This document shows, piece after piece, positions 10,365-20,900 of a stretch of DNA of 64,000 nt. The position numbers and the translations under genes are program-made. This stretch comes from Candidatus Krumholzibacteriia bacterium (GTDB taxonomy: Bacteria; Krumholzibacteriota; Krumholzibacteriia; JAJRXK01). The notes beneath the pieces are model-generated. The model was given only the letters and a program-made list of their open reading frames with translations. It was not told the origin of the DNA and did no database searches. The stretch lies in contig JBGPIA010000007.1 in the NCBI GenBank assembly GCA_041484665.1, forward strand, positions 64,001 through 128,000, given 5' to 3'. Numbering within the stretch: position 1 is the stretch's first letter; every line of letters begins with the position of its first letter.

Positions 10365-10760
10365 ATGAAGCAGGACGGGATGATGATGTCGCGCTTCGAG
10401 CGCCGCGTCGCCTGGTGCAGCGCCGCCATCGTGGTCGCGCTCGGTCTGCTCGTGATGGCCCGCACGCCTTCGCCCCAGTCCGCAGACGCCCCCGCCAAGG
10501 TCGCCGCCCTGCCATGTGGGCTCGACAAGCGGTTGACCGCCGAGCAATGCCGGCGGGTCGTGGACTATCTGGTCGGGCTGGGCCTGCAGTCGGGCTCGAT
10601 CCCCGCGATCACGGCCGAGGAGCTGCGCCAGGCCACCGGGATGGAGATGCCCGAGGAGTCCCTGCCCTGCTTGCAGGAGTACGCGCGCGGGCGGCTCGCC
10701 GAGCGCCGCAATCCCAGCGCCCGGCTCATGCTTCCATCGCGGACTCCGTCACTGGTCTAG
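10365..10760 (+). CDS. Hypothetical membrane-anchored protein
   Basis: Single hydrophobic segment (WCSAAIVVALGLLVMA), gene-like codon usage; no family motif recognised. Confidence 0.55.
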   Translation: MKQDGMMMSRFERRVAWCSAAIVVALGLLVMARTPSPQSADAPAKVAALPCGLDKRLTAEQCRRVVDYLVGLGLQSGSIPAITAEELRQATGMEMPEESLPCLQEYARGRLAERRNPSARLMLPSRTPSLV

Positions 10761-10948
10761 CCCAAGCCGCGCCCCGTGGGTCCCAGCCGCAGCGCAGTCG
10801 CCTGACCCGCGCGCTGCCGGAATCTCTCCGCCCACCGGGCAGGCGCGCAGATCCCGTCGCCATGGCCGACCCTGGCCCGTGACAGACTCGGGCGCAGCGT
10901 CTAGCATGCCGCCCGTGAGCGCCTCCGCGCCATCCTCGACAGGCAGCC

Positions 10949-12829
10949 ATGCAAAACCTCGATCTGTTCGCCCAGCTCGCCCTTCCCGCAGAGGCTGCCG
11001 ACCCTGCCGGCGGCGCGGTGCCAGCCGAGGCGCGGCCCGCTGGCAAGGCGCGGGCGAAGCCCGCGCGCAAGGAATCCCGTCCACGCTCCAAGCCCGCTCG
11101 CGACGCGGCACGCGGTGCGACCCCGGAAGCTGGGCCCGCTGCAGCCCCGGATGCGCCGCAGGAGGCTTCCGCCACGGCGCCGGGTGCGACGGAGGCCCCG
11201 GACGCGGTACCCGGGCGCGGGTCGGACGCCGCGCCCGCACCGCGCGGCAACCGCCGCCCTGCACGTGAGCGTTCCCGTGCGACGGCGCAGAGTATGGCCG
11301 CGCAGCAGCGCGAAATCTCCGTCAGCGAGTTCTTCACCAAGAACCGCCACCTGCTGGGGTTCGACAGCCCCACCAAGGCGCTGCTGACCACCATCAAGGA
11401 GGCGGTCGACAACTCGCTGGACGCTTGCGAGGAGGCGGGCATCCTTCCCGACCTGGTCGTGGAGATCCAGGCCGTGGGTCAGGATCGTTACCGGGTCACG
11501 GTCGAGGACAACGGCCCGGGCATCGTGCGCGAGCAGATCCCGCGCATCTTCGGCAAACTGCTCTACGGTTCGAAGTTCCACCGCCTGCGGCAGAGCCGCG
11601 GGCAGCAGGGCATCGGCATCAGCGCCGCCGGCATGTACGGCCAACTCACGACCGGTCGTCCCGTGGTCATTCAGAGCCGCACCGGCGCGAAGAAGAAAGC
11701 CCACCACTTCGAGCTGGTGATCGACACGCTCAAGAACGAGCCGGTCATCAAGAAGGAGACGGTGCTCGACGACTGGCATCGCGAGCACGGCACCCGCGTG
11801 GCAATCGAGTTGGAGGGGATCTACAAGAAGGGCCGCCACGGCGTGGAGGCATATCTGCGCCAGACCGTGCTGGCCAACCCGCACGTCGACCTGACCTACA
11901 AGGGACCCGAGGACGCGCAGCCGGTGCACATGCCGCGCGTGCATGGCGAGCTGCCACAGGAGGCTCTCGAGATCCAGCCGCACCCCTACGGAGTCGAGGT
12001 CGGGTTGCTGGCGCGGATGCTCAAAGCCACGAAGGCGCGCCAGCTGAAGGGCTTCTTCCAGACCGAGTTCAGCCGGGTGGGCCCCAAGGCAGCCACGGCG
12101 ATCTGCGCGGGAGCGAACCTCTCACCCGAGATGGCGCCCAGACGCGTCACGCCCGAGGAGGCCGAGCGGCTGATCGCCGCGATCCGCACCACGAAGATCC
12201 CCGCGCCGCCCTTGAGCTGCCTCTCGCCCATCGGCGAGGACCGCATCGTCGCCAGCCTGAAGCAACAGATCGAGGCGGATCTGTACCTGGCCGTCACGCG
12301 GCCCCCGTCGGTCTATCGCGGCAATCCGTTCCAGGTCGAGGTCGGCGTGGCCTACGGTGGGAAGCTCGAGGCCGAGGAGCTCATGACCCTTCTGCGCTAC
12401 GCGAATCGCGTGCCGCTCATGTACCAGCAGGGTGCCTGCGCCATCTTCAAGAGCGTGCTGTCGGTGAGCTGGCGGGCCTACGGGCTCTCGCAGAGCAAGG
12501 GGGCGTTGCCGGCGGCGCCGATGGTGCTGCTGGTGCACCTGGCCAGCGTCTGGGTGCCGTTCACCAGCGAGAGCAAGGAAGCGATTGCCGGGTACGATGA
12601 AATCGTCCGCGAGTTGAAGTTGGCGCTGCAGGACGCGGGCCGCAAGCTGGGACTCTACATCCGGCGCGGGCAGCGCGAGCGCGATGCCGCCAAGAAGCGC
12701 GCCTACATCGAGAAGTACATCCCGCACATCGGGATCGCGCTGCAGGAGATTCTGGGATTGTCAAAGCCGCAGGAGCAGGAGGTCGTCGAGACGCTCACCG
12801 ACACGTTGGAGCGCAGCCGGAAGATGTAG
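10949..12829 (+). CDS. top6B: DNA topoisomerase VI subunit B
   Basis: [48 protein letters not shown] (GHKL), [19 protein letters not shown]. Confidence 0.96.
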   Translation: MQNLDLFAQLALPAEAADPAGGAVPAEARPAGKARAKPARKESRPRSKPARDAARGATPEAGPAAAPDAPQEASATAPGATEAPDAVPGRGSDAAPAPRGNRRPARERSRATAQSMAAQQREISVSEFFTKNRHLLGFDSPTKALLTTIKEAVDNSLDACEEAGILPDLVVEIQAVGQDRYRVTVEDNGPGIVREQIPRIFGKLLYGSKFHRLRQSRGQQGIGISAAGMYGQLTTGRPVVIQSRTGAKKKAHHFELVIDTLKNEPVIKKETVLDDWHREHGTRVAIELEGIYKKGRHGVEAYLRQTVLANPHVDLTYKGPEDAQPVHMPRVHGELPQEALEIQPHPYGVEVGLLARMLKATKARQLKGFFQTEFSRVGPKAATAICAGANLSPEMAPRRVTPEEAERLIAAIRTTKIPAPPLSCLSPIGEDRIVASLKQQIEADLYLAVTRPPSVYRGNPFQVEVGVAYGGKLEAEELMTLLRYANRVPLMYQQGACAIFKSVLSVSWRAYGLSQSKGALPAAPMVLLVHLASVWVPFTSESKEAIAGYDEIVRELKLALQDAGRKLGLYIRRGQRERDAAKKRAYIEKYIPHIGIALQEILGLSKPQEQEVVETLTDTLERSRKM

Positions 12830-12986
12830 CTCGAGCGATCCGGCGGGCGCTGCGACTCGCCGGCCTGGCGCGTGGCGGCACCCTTCGCGGGACGCATCCC
12901 CGGAAGCTGCTTCGCCCGCGAATTGACCGCCTGGACCATCGAGCTGATGGGCGCGCCGACAGCAGACGCATGGCTGCGCCTCTGCG

Positions 12987-14228
12987 TCAGGGAAGCGGGC
13001 TGCTGACCTCGTAGCGGACGCGCACGCCTCCCAGCTGCGCGTTGCTGCCGAACAGGGGGGCGGTCAGCTGATCGCTGTCAGAGCTGTTGTGTACGATTGA
13101 CGGAGGATTCACTGGCAGAGTGAGGGTCGTGGCCCCGCCGGAAAAGCTCGCGGTGTCGAACAGGACCAGCGTCGTGACCAGGGCGTTCTCAAAATCGGTC
13201 CGGTGCACCCAGAGGGTGACGCCCCCGCTGACGGCTGCGTCGTAGAAGCGGCCTTTGACCTCGCTGGTCGACGCGCGGTCGGGGAATTCCACGGGCGCTG
13301 CGAGGGAGATGGTCGATCCGGCCGGCGACCAGATCCAGGTCTGATCCATCTGGTAACCGGAGCCGCTGGTGGTCGGTTGGAACGCGCACGGGGCGACCGA
13401 CAGCCAGCGCAATGTGGACGGGAGCTTGATGGATCCGTCCACGCGCAGGTTGCCCGCCACGTGCAGTCGCTCGCTTGGGCTGAGCGTCCCCACGCCGAGG
13501 TTCCCCGAGGCGTTCAGCAGCACGCGGTCCTGGCCCCCGGCGCGAAACGTCATGGCGTTTCCGGTGGAGTAGGCGATCTAGCCGAGATCGGTTCCGGCCG
13601 CGTTGTTGAAGTTGATCGCCCCCATCAGAGTGGCTCCCGGTGCGTCGTTGCGCAGCTCGATCACCGATCTGTTGGGGTCCACCTGGGACTGGAACGGTCC
13701 CACCGCCTGCCCGGCCGGCACGTGCAGCGGCCAAGCTGGGTTCTGCGTATTGATCCCGACTTGACCGTTGTACGAGACGGCGTTGCCGCTCTGGACCCAT
13801 GGCCCCAGCGCGAACAGCGCCTGCGGGGCAGGGGTGACGCGCTGCCGCGGCGACAGCAACGAGCAGGAGCCCGATCCGGCGGGAGTGCTCACCTCGATCT
13901 CGAGCCAGCGCGCCGACGCCCCGAACGCGCTCCCGCCGAAATCGAGCAGGACGGTGAACAGCCCGTCGTTGACCGTCGCCACGCGCAATTCGACCTGCGG
14001 CCCGATCTGCCCGCCCGAAGCGGCCGCCTCGTACATCCGCAAGCGCAAGTCGGCGAGGCCCGCACCCGCTGGTGCAGCAGCCGGCGGAACACGCCCCAAT
14101 CGTACCGCTGGGAGCGGGCTGCTGAAGCCCCGCCGACCCCGCGGCGGAGCCGCATCAGCGCGCGGCCAACGCCGCGGCCAACGCCGCGACGCAGCCCCGT
14201 CGGCGCCTTGCGCAAGCCGCGCCGGCAA
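12987..14228 (-). pseudogene. Disrupted exported/fibre-like hypothetical protein
   Basis: ORFs 13578..14228 and 12987..13553 share a frame, separated by one TAG (DLG*IAYSTGNAMTF); signal-like CVAALAAALAAR lies in another frame. Confidence 0.7.
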
Positions 14229-14340
14229 AGGACTCGCGCGCCGGTTCGACCCGGTTGGCCTGCGGTGCTATCGTGGCTCCGCTGCAGTTTTGGTCCAGGC
14301 CAGGATACGACCAGGGCGTGTCGAACAAGGGGGGTCCGTC

Positions 14341-14991
14341 ATGGCGAAAATCGGGGTTCTCATCTCCGGGTGCGGCTTCAAGGACGGGGCGGAGATCCAC
14401 GAATCCGTGTGCACCCTGCTGGCCGTCAGCCGCCACGGTCACACGATCGTGCCGCTGGCTCCCGACATCCCGCAGCGCGAGGTCGTCAACCATGGCACGG
14501 GCGAACCGACCAGCGAGCTACGTAGCGTGCGCGTCGAGGCCGCCCGCATCTTCCGCGGCCCAGCCCAGACGCCGGACAAGGCCGGTGCGCTCGACGCGCT
14601 GATCCTGCCCGGCGGGTATGGTGCCGTGACGAACCTGTGCGACTTTGCAACCCGGGGTACCAAGTGCACGGTCGAACCCGCGACGGCCGCGTTGATCCGA
14701 TCCATGGTGTCCACCCGCAAGCCGGTGGGCGCCTGGTGCATCGCGCCGGTGACCGTGGCCGCGGTGCTGCGCGGCGACCCGGCGGTGCGACTGACGATCG
14801 GCACCGACGAGTCGACCGCGAAGGCGATCAAGGAGCTGGGCGCGACCCACGTCAACTGCGCCGTCGATGACTGCGTGGTGGACAAGGAGCACAAGATCGT
14901 GAGCACGCCGGCCTACATGCTGGCGAAGAACTCCTGGGAGGTTCTCAAAGGCATCGACAAAGCCGTAGATGCCATCTGCAAGTGGCTGTAG
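14341..14991 (+). CDS. elbB: Glyoxalase ElbB (DJ-1/PfpI superfamily)
   Basis: SGCGFKDGAEIHE, EAARIFRG, PGGYGA, CIAP, STPAYML. Confidence 0.92.
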   Translation: MAKIGVLISGCGFKDGAEIHESVCTLLAVSRHGHTIVPLAPDIPQREVVNHGTGEPTSELRSVRVEAARIFRGPAQTPDKAGALDALILPGGYGAVTNLCDFATRGTKCTVEPATAALIRSMVSTRKPVGAWCIAPVTVAAVLRGDPAVRLTIGTDESTAKAIKELGATHVNCAVDDCVVDKEHKIVSTPAYMLAKNSWEVLKGIDKAVDAICKWL

Positions 14992-15072
14992 GACCGGCTC
15001 CCGGAACGGCCCCGTGGCCGCAGCGGTGTTGCCGGGGCAGCCGTGTGGGGGCTCTTGCCCGCGGCGCCCCGG

Positions 15073-15306
15073 TCACCGAAGCTTGCGCAGGACGAACGGC
15101 AGAAACCACGTGAGCGCGCCGATCGTCCACAGGGATTCCCCGACGATCATCAGGCGGAAGCCCCTGGGCATGTACCAGTCCTGCTGCCGCCAGGGGAGCC
15201 TCCACTGGGTCCAAGGCGCGTCTGGATGGCGATCGAGGATCGAAGCAAACCAGACCGGGATGCCGACCAGTCCCAGGAGGGCGCCAATCAACTGGAGGGT
15301 CTCCAC
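15073..15306 (-). CDS. Small membrane protein (two TM)
   Basis: AAGGAG RBS before GTG; two hydrophobic segments. Confidence 0.55.
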   Translation of the reverse strand: METLQLIGALLGLVGIPVWFASILDRHPDAPWTQWRLPWRQQDWYMPRGFRLMIVGESLWTIGALTWFLPFVLRKLR

Positions 15307-15439
15307 GGTCAGCTCCTTTCCGTGCGAGGCCGAAACCCACGCGCCGCTTACGGGACGCATGCCGGGCACCGCAACGGTGCCGGATCCTAACCGCGGGCCG
15401 CGCGGCCTGCCCAGACTCTCCCCAAGCATGAGGTGACTC

Positions 15440-16576
15440 GTGACCGCACCCAAGAAGCAGACCAGGAAGCGGAACAGCAAGCAGGATGCTGCCAATGCCC
15501 ACGTGATCGGCCAGATCCGCGCCGAGGCCCGGCAGGTGCACGACAAGATCCTGGCGCGCAAGACGCCGGCGTTGCGTCTGCCGCTGCGCAGCCTGGCGAA
15601 TGTCACTTACAAGCCGGCCAAGGGCTTCTTCCAGATCAAGGGACGCAGCAAGGAGCGTACGCTCACCGTGAGCACGGTCAAGACCTTCGCGCAGACGCTG
15701 CGCATGATGGCCTTCAGCAAACAACTGATCGAGACCGACGACATCGCCACCAAGCGAGAAGCCTATTACGTCAGCAAGAACTGGGAGGACGCCCGCTTCG
15801 ACGAGCAGCCCGAGAGCGACGCCGTGATGGATGACGTGGAGGCGCTCTTCGCCGTGAATCGCGAGCAGCTGGGCTTCATCCCTGAGGAGAAGGGCGGTGA
15901 GGTCGCCGGGCAGCTGGTCGTCATCGATCACGACCGTGAGACCGGCGAGGAGCTGCGCATCGACTGCACCCGCTTCGGCAGCGGCGCTTACTCCATCCCC
16001 ATTTCGGTGGAGCACCTCAAGTTCGAGGCCACCGCCAAGTTCATCCTGGTGATCGAGACGGCAGGCATGTTCCAGCGGCTGGTCAAGCACAGCTACTGGC
16101 GCGACGCCCACTGCATCCTGGTGTCGATGGGCGGCGTGCCCACGCGCGCCTGCCGTCGGTTCGTGCGCCGCCTGGCCGACGAGAAGAAGATCCCGGTGTA
16201 CGTATTCGTCGACGGCGACCCCTACGGCTTCGGCAACATCTACCGCACGCTGAAGGTCGGCAGCGGCAACGCGGCACACATGAACGAGTTCTTCTGCGTG
16301 CCGCAGGCGAGGCTGCTGGGCGTCACGCCCCAGGACATCATCGACTACCAGCTGCCCACCCACCCGCTGAAGGACGTCGACATCAAGCGGGCCAAGGACG
16401 CGCTGAAGAACGACCCGTTCATCATGCACCACAAGCCCTGGCAGAAGGCCTTCGAGCAGCAGATCAAAATGGGCGTGCGCGTGGAGCAGCAGGCGCTGGC
16501 CAAGCACGGGCTCAACTACGTCATCGACGAGTATCTGCCGCGCAAGCTCGCGCATCCGGAGCTGTTCTTGCCGTAG
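15440..16576 (+). CDS. top6A: DNA topoisomerase VI subunit A (Spo11-like)
   Basis: TKREAYY (catalytic Tyr region), TOPRIM IETAGMF and DGDPYG, GGVPTR, EQQAL. Confidence 0.96.
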   Translation: MTAPKKQTRKRNSKQDAANAHVIGQIRAEARQVHDKILARKTPALRLPLRSLANVTYKPAKGFFQIKGRSKERTLTVSTVKTFAQTLRMMAFSKQLIETDDIATKREAYYVSKNWEDARFDEQPESDAVMDDVEALFAVNREQLGFIPEEKGGEVAGQLVVIDHDRETGEELRIDCTRFGSGAYSIPISVEHLKFEATAKFILVIETAGMFQRLVKHSYWRDAHCILVSMGGVPTRACRRFVRRLADEKKIPVYVFVDGDPYGFGNIYRTLKVGSGNAAHMNEFFCVPQARLLGVTPQDIIDYQLPTHPLKDVDIKRAKDALKNDPFIMHHKPWQKAFEQQIKMGVRVEQQALAKHGLNYVIDEYLPRKLAHPELFLP

Positions 16577-16759
16577 GGGGGACGGGCGCGCAGCGGGTCG
16601 CGCTGGCTGGCAACGGCCAGCGGCTGCGGGATCCGGGGACGGGGGACGCGTCGCGTTGGATCCCGCAGGCAGGCCGGGGCGTGGCGGAACTCGCGTGTCG
16701 GCGGCCGGGGGAAGGCCTTGGACCAGAAGGGCCGCAGCGTCCGGCGTGCGCGCCGAGCC

Positions 16760-17134
16760 TCAGTCGGCCCAGCGGAACGCCAGCAGCTCGCGCTCGCCCT
16801 GCAGCGACTCCTTAGCCGTCTGCAGGTCGGGCATGACCTCGAACACCTGCTGCAGGCGTGTCACGAACACCAGGCTTCCGATCCGCGCGGACAGCCCGGT
16901 CATGCGCATCCGTCCGCACAGCCGCAGCGCCAAGGCATAGGCGTTCAGCAGGATCCCCAGCCCCAGGCTGTTGATCCGCCGGACGCGAGCCATCTCGAGG
17001 ATGATGTCGCGCTCGCCGGACTGGATGAGCCTGGAAATTGTGTAGAGCAGCGTCTCGCGATCCTCGGCGCCGAGGATGTCGCCGGAGAGCTCCAGCACTA
17101 CCACGTCGCCGCTCATGCGCTCTCGGATCTTCAT
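16760..17134 (-). CDS. STAS-domain anti-sigma factor antagonist
   Basis: VVVLELSGDI, INSLGLGIL phospho-Ser motif, VTRLQQVF. Confidence 0.88.
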   Translation of the reverse strand: MKIRERMSGDVVVLELSGDILGAEDRETLLYTISRLIQSGERDIILEMARVRRINSLGLGILLNAYALALRLCGRMRMTGLSARIGSLVFVTRLQQVFEVMPDLQTAKESLQGERELLAFRWAD

Positions 17135-17210
17135 GACAGTCCCCCCGTGTTGATTCGGTCGTGGGGCGATGACGGCACGGTGTGGCGCGTCGCCGCCCAC
17201 GCCCACGCCG

Positions 17211-17228
17211 TTGCACCGGGTGTGCCGA
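17211..17228 (-). promoter_or_regulatory. Putative sigma54 (-24/-12) promoter of the STAS gene
   Basis: Minus strand TCGGCACACCCGGTGCAA: GG-N10-GC with GGCAC and TGCA. Confidence 0.55.
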
Positions 17229-17240
17229 TCGCGTAGCGAG

Positions 17241-17253
17241 AATCAACTGATTG
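17241..17253. promoter_or_regulatory. Putative IHF binding site
   Basis: AATCAACTGATTG matches WATCAANNNNTTR exactly, just upstream of the sigma54-like element. Confidence 0.55.
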
Positions 17254-17369
17254 TCCGGCAATAAGTTTTGAACGGATCGACTCGCCGGATCTGGCGAGCC
17301 GCCGCCGGGATCTGGCGAAGCGGCCGGGCCGCGCAGCCCCGGCGGGCCGCTTGCGCCGGGCGGGTCGGG

Positions 17370-17963
17370 CTAAGGCTCCAGGCTCTCCCCGGGCGCGCCC
17401 GGGGCGCCGGGGCGGGCGGCTTGCGGCGGCTCGATCTTCTCGGGCAGCGCGGGCTGGGGCGCGGCACGCCGGCGCAGGCGGCCCCCCAGGGTCAACCACG
17501 CGCCCAGCAACACCAACCCAATCGGCAGCAGGATCTGGAAGATCAACCTCACCAGGATCACGAACAGCCGGGTCGTGAACAGGTAGAGGATGAACGAGAC
17601 CACCATCAGCAGCGTGGCCGGGATGATCGCAGCGCGCTTGCGGCGGCTCATCAGCGAGACCGCGGCCAGCGCCACGCCGGGCGCAAACAAGAAGAACGGC
17701 CAGTGGCGGCCCAGCCGGATCCACTCCCACTCCACGCACTGGAAGAACAGCCCGAACAGCAGACCGAGGATGCCGTTGAATAGCAGCCCCTCCTCGCCCT
17801 CCCCCTCGCCGGTGAAATAGAGCACCAGGAGGCCAACCCCCAGCGCGACCAGCAAGAGCGGCCACAGCTTCCCGAAGCCCGGCAGGCCCAACTGGGCCAG
17901 CAGCATCAGGAACCCGATCACCACCAGCAGGGGCCCGATCCTCGAAGTGCGCGGCTGGGACAT
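17370..17963 (-). CDS. Multi-pass membrane protein (LiaI/LiaF-TM-like repeats)
   Basis: Repeated LWPLLLVALG / HWPFFLFAPG hydrophobic units. Confidence 0.75.
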   Translation of the reverse strand: MSQPRTSRIGPLLVVIGFLMLLAQLGLPGFGKLWPLLLVALGVGLLVLYFTGEGEGEEGLLFNGILGLLFGLFFQCVEWEWIRLGRHWPFFLFAPGVALAAVSLMSRRKRAAIIPATLLMVVSFILYLFTTRLFVILVRLIFQILLPIGLVLLGAWLTLGGRLRRRAAPQPALPEKIEPPQAARPGAPGAPGESLEP

Positions 17964-17996
17964 GGCCTCCTCCCCTCCTCTTCGTCCTCGCGCCGC

Positions 17997-20900
17997 CTAC
18001 GGCGCGGCGCCCAGTCGCACCGGGACGCGCAGGCGCACCCGGCTGCCATCGCGATCGAGCAGACGCAACTCGCCGCCGTTGACGAAGCCGTCCGGCGCCA
18101 CAGGCGGCGGAGCGCCGGCCTGGACCGAGAGCGGGGCGGGGGCGTCGGGGTACAGGTCGAACGCGGCCGCGTCATGCACCGTGCCCGTGAGCGCCACGCT
18201 GTTCTTGCGCACGAAGCGCTCCACCAGCTGGAAGGTCCAGCTCTCCTTGTCCTTGGCGTGCGTGAAACCGCCCTCCACGACCAGCGTGTAGTGTCCTGCC
18301 ACCGGCGCGTCCAGGGCGACGGTCGTCTTGCGGTAGCCGAGCCCATCGCGCACGACGAACTTGCCGGCGGCGTCGCGGATCACGATCGGCACGTCGGTCA
18401 TACGGTCGTACACCTCGCGCGGCAGCTCGATCTCGAATTCCACGCGCGCGATCGTGTCGTCCACCGGAAACTCGTAGCTCCAAGAATCGGTCCCCTTGAC
18501 CTCCACCGTTCGTGCGCGCCGGTACTGGTTGATCTCGCCGGCCGCGGTGCCACGGAAAGGCTCGTCGAAGAGCGCAGTCAGCTCCAGCTCGGTCTTGGGC
18601 TGCTCGCCGGGCTGGGCGAAGGAGAGGCGCTCCACGGCTGGCGGGCTCACGGCGAAGCCCTCGAAGCGCGCGCGCAGATCGTAGGTCGAGGTGATCGCCG
18701 GGCTGAATCCCGATACGGTGACGATCTCCCAGACGCCGGGCGTCAGCTCCGCGCCGGCGAAGACGCGGGAGACCTTGCGGGTTTCGGTGCTGCTGGCCCA
18801 CCCGATGAAGTCGATCAGCCGCCCCTGCGGGTCGTGGATGGCGGCGTGCACCCGGCCGTCCTTCCCCTCGGGCACGGCCAGCTCGACCTCCATGGCGCAG
18901 GCGCCCGGCGGCACCCGCACGAAGCGGCGCTCCAGCGCGCCGGGGGTGAGCGTGCCCGCCTTCCATTGGCGCTCGTAGCCTTCGGCGGCGGTGAACTCGA
19001 AGGGGCGCACGACGGTGACCTGCAGCTCGAACTCCTGCGCCGCTGGGCCAGAGCGCGCAGCGCCCTTGACCCGCCCAGTCACGGTGCCGACGTAGACGCC
19101 GGGCTTCTGCAGCGCCCTGGGGTCGTAGGTGAGCTTCACCGTGGCCGGGCCCTCGCCGGCGATGTAGGTCTCGCCGCGGTCGAGGCGGATCCACGGCGAG
19201 TCGGCGGTGAGCGTGAAGGCGCGGTAGAAGCGATTGCGCTCGTCTTTCGTGCAGCCATCGGCGAAGCGCGGAGTGATGGTGAAGGTCTGCGCGCGCGGAG
19301 GCTGTGGAACGTAGCTGCCCATGCGCCAGTACGCTGCGGGTCCCTCGCCGTCGCGCTGCAGCGGCGCCTCGGTACGCACCTTGTACAGCGTCACCCGCTG
19401 CGCCTCGCCCGCGTCCGCCAGCGCGGCGGCAGTCTCGTACGCCGCAGGCAGGTCGACCACTCCCGCGCCCACGTCCAGGCGGCTGTAGCCGGGCAGCGGC
19501 TTGGCCGTGGCGCGCAGCGCGCGCTTGATCGTGCCGAAGGTGTAGCCCTTGTTCTGCCCGCGCAGGGCTCCCAGGATGCAGGCGACGCTGCCCGCCGTGT
19601 GCGGACTGGCCATGCTCGTACCGGTATAGAGGTCGTGGCGCGACTCGAACAGCGGCACGGTGCTGCTGGCGCCGCCGGGTGCGGCCACGTCGGGCTTGGC
19701 GAGATCGCCGCCGCGGCTGCTGAAGGCATAGAGCTCGTCGCGGACGAGCCCGCCGCCGTGCAGGGCGCTGCCCGCCTCCTTGGTCAAGAGTGCGGCGCAC
19801 GCAATCACCCCGTCAGCGTCGGCCGGCGTCCCGACGCTGCTGATTCCCGGCCCCTGGTTGCCCGCGCTGGTTACGATCACCAGCATCGAGGTCTTGTCGA
19901 GGAGCTCGTCGAGGAACTTGTCGATCGCCGTGTCGCCCTCGCTCTCGCTGCCGATGCCGTAGCTCATGTTGATGACCACGGGGACGTCGTAGTCCTTCAG
20001 GAAGCGCGCCACGTACTCGAACGCCTTCTTCATCGTCTCGGTGCGCGAGCTGCCGCCCGCCATCCGGCTGTCGCCGACCTTGCAGCTGATCACGCGAGCG
20101 CCCGCAGCCACACCGTCCATCCCCTCCTGCCCGTGGACGCGCCAGCCCGCGGCGATGCCCGCCACGTGGCTGCCGTGGCCGGTCTCGTCGTAGTGGAAGC
20201 TGAGCTGTGGCTGCTCGTCGCCGCGCAGGTCCAGCGCCAGCGTCAGCACGCGGCGCGAGTCCTTGGTGGCCGGATCGCGCAGGTCGATCGTGTCGTAGTC
20301 GACCGTGTAGTCGCGCAGCAGCGCCTCGCCGTCCAGGCGCCCGTCGCGGTCGCGGTCCAGCGCGCACACCCACACCCTCGGCGCTCGTGCGATGCGGTCC
20401 TCGGTCTGGCGCGCCCGCTCGCTCCAAGCGCGGCGCTCCTGTACACCGCGCCCTCCGCCGAGCTTCGCCACGGCTGCCTCGCGCTTGGCCGCGAACACGA
20501 CGAAGCCCCAGCGATCCGACTCGTTCCCGTTGTCATCGAGGTCGCGCGTCCCCTCGTTGTTGACCATTCCGGCCTCGCTCAGCACTCCGGTCCAGACCAG
20601 GCCAGAGTCCGCCGGCGCCAGCGGAAGCTGGTCGAAGCCCGAAAGCCAAAGCCCGTCGGCGACCTCCAGCACGCGCGGGCTCTGTCCCTCGACCCACTTT
20701 GCCGGCGAGAGCTCGACCTTGCCCTGGCCGCTGAAGTCGCGTGCGTCGATGACCTTGACCAGGCCCTCGCTCGTTTGCGTGAGCCCCGGGATGCCCATGT
20801 CGACGCCGGTGTCGAGCACGGCAACTAACGCGCCGCGCCCGTCCCACTGCGGGTGCTGCTCGTGGAAGCGGCGCGCGCCGACGTCCTCGATCGGTAGGAA

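Noticed and set aside
13578..13580. Pyrrolysine/amber readthrough
   Set aside because: No pyl genes in the window, TAG is a normal stop in many genes here, and the leader is also out of frame
14225..14275. tRNA-like GGTTCGACCC
   Set aside because: No cloverleaf, acceptor stem or D-arm around it
12830..15439. Mobile element inserted between top6B and top6A
   Set aside because: No transposase or integrase, terminal inverted repeats or target-site duplication seen
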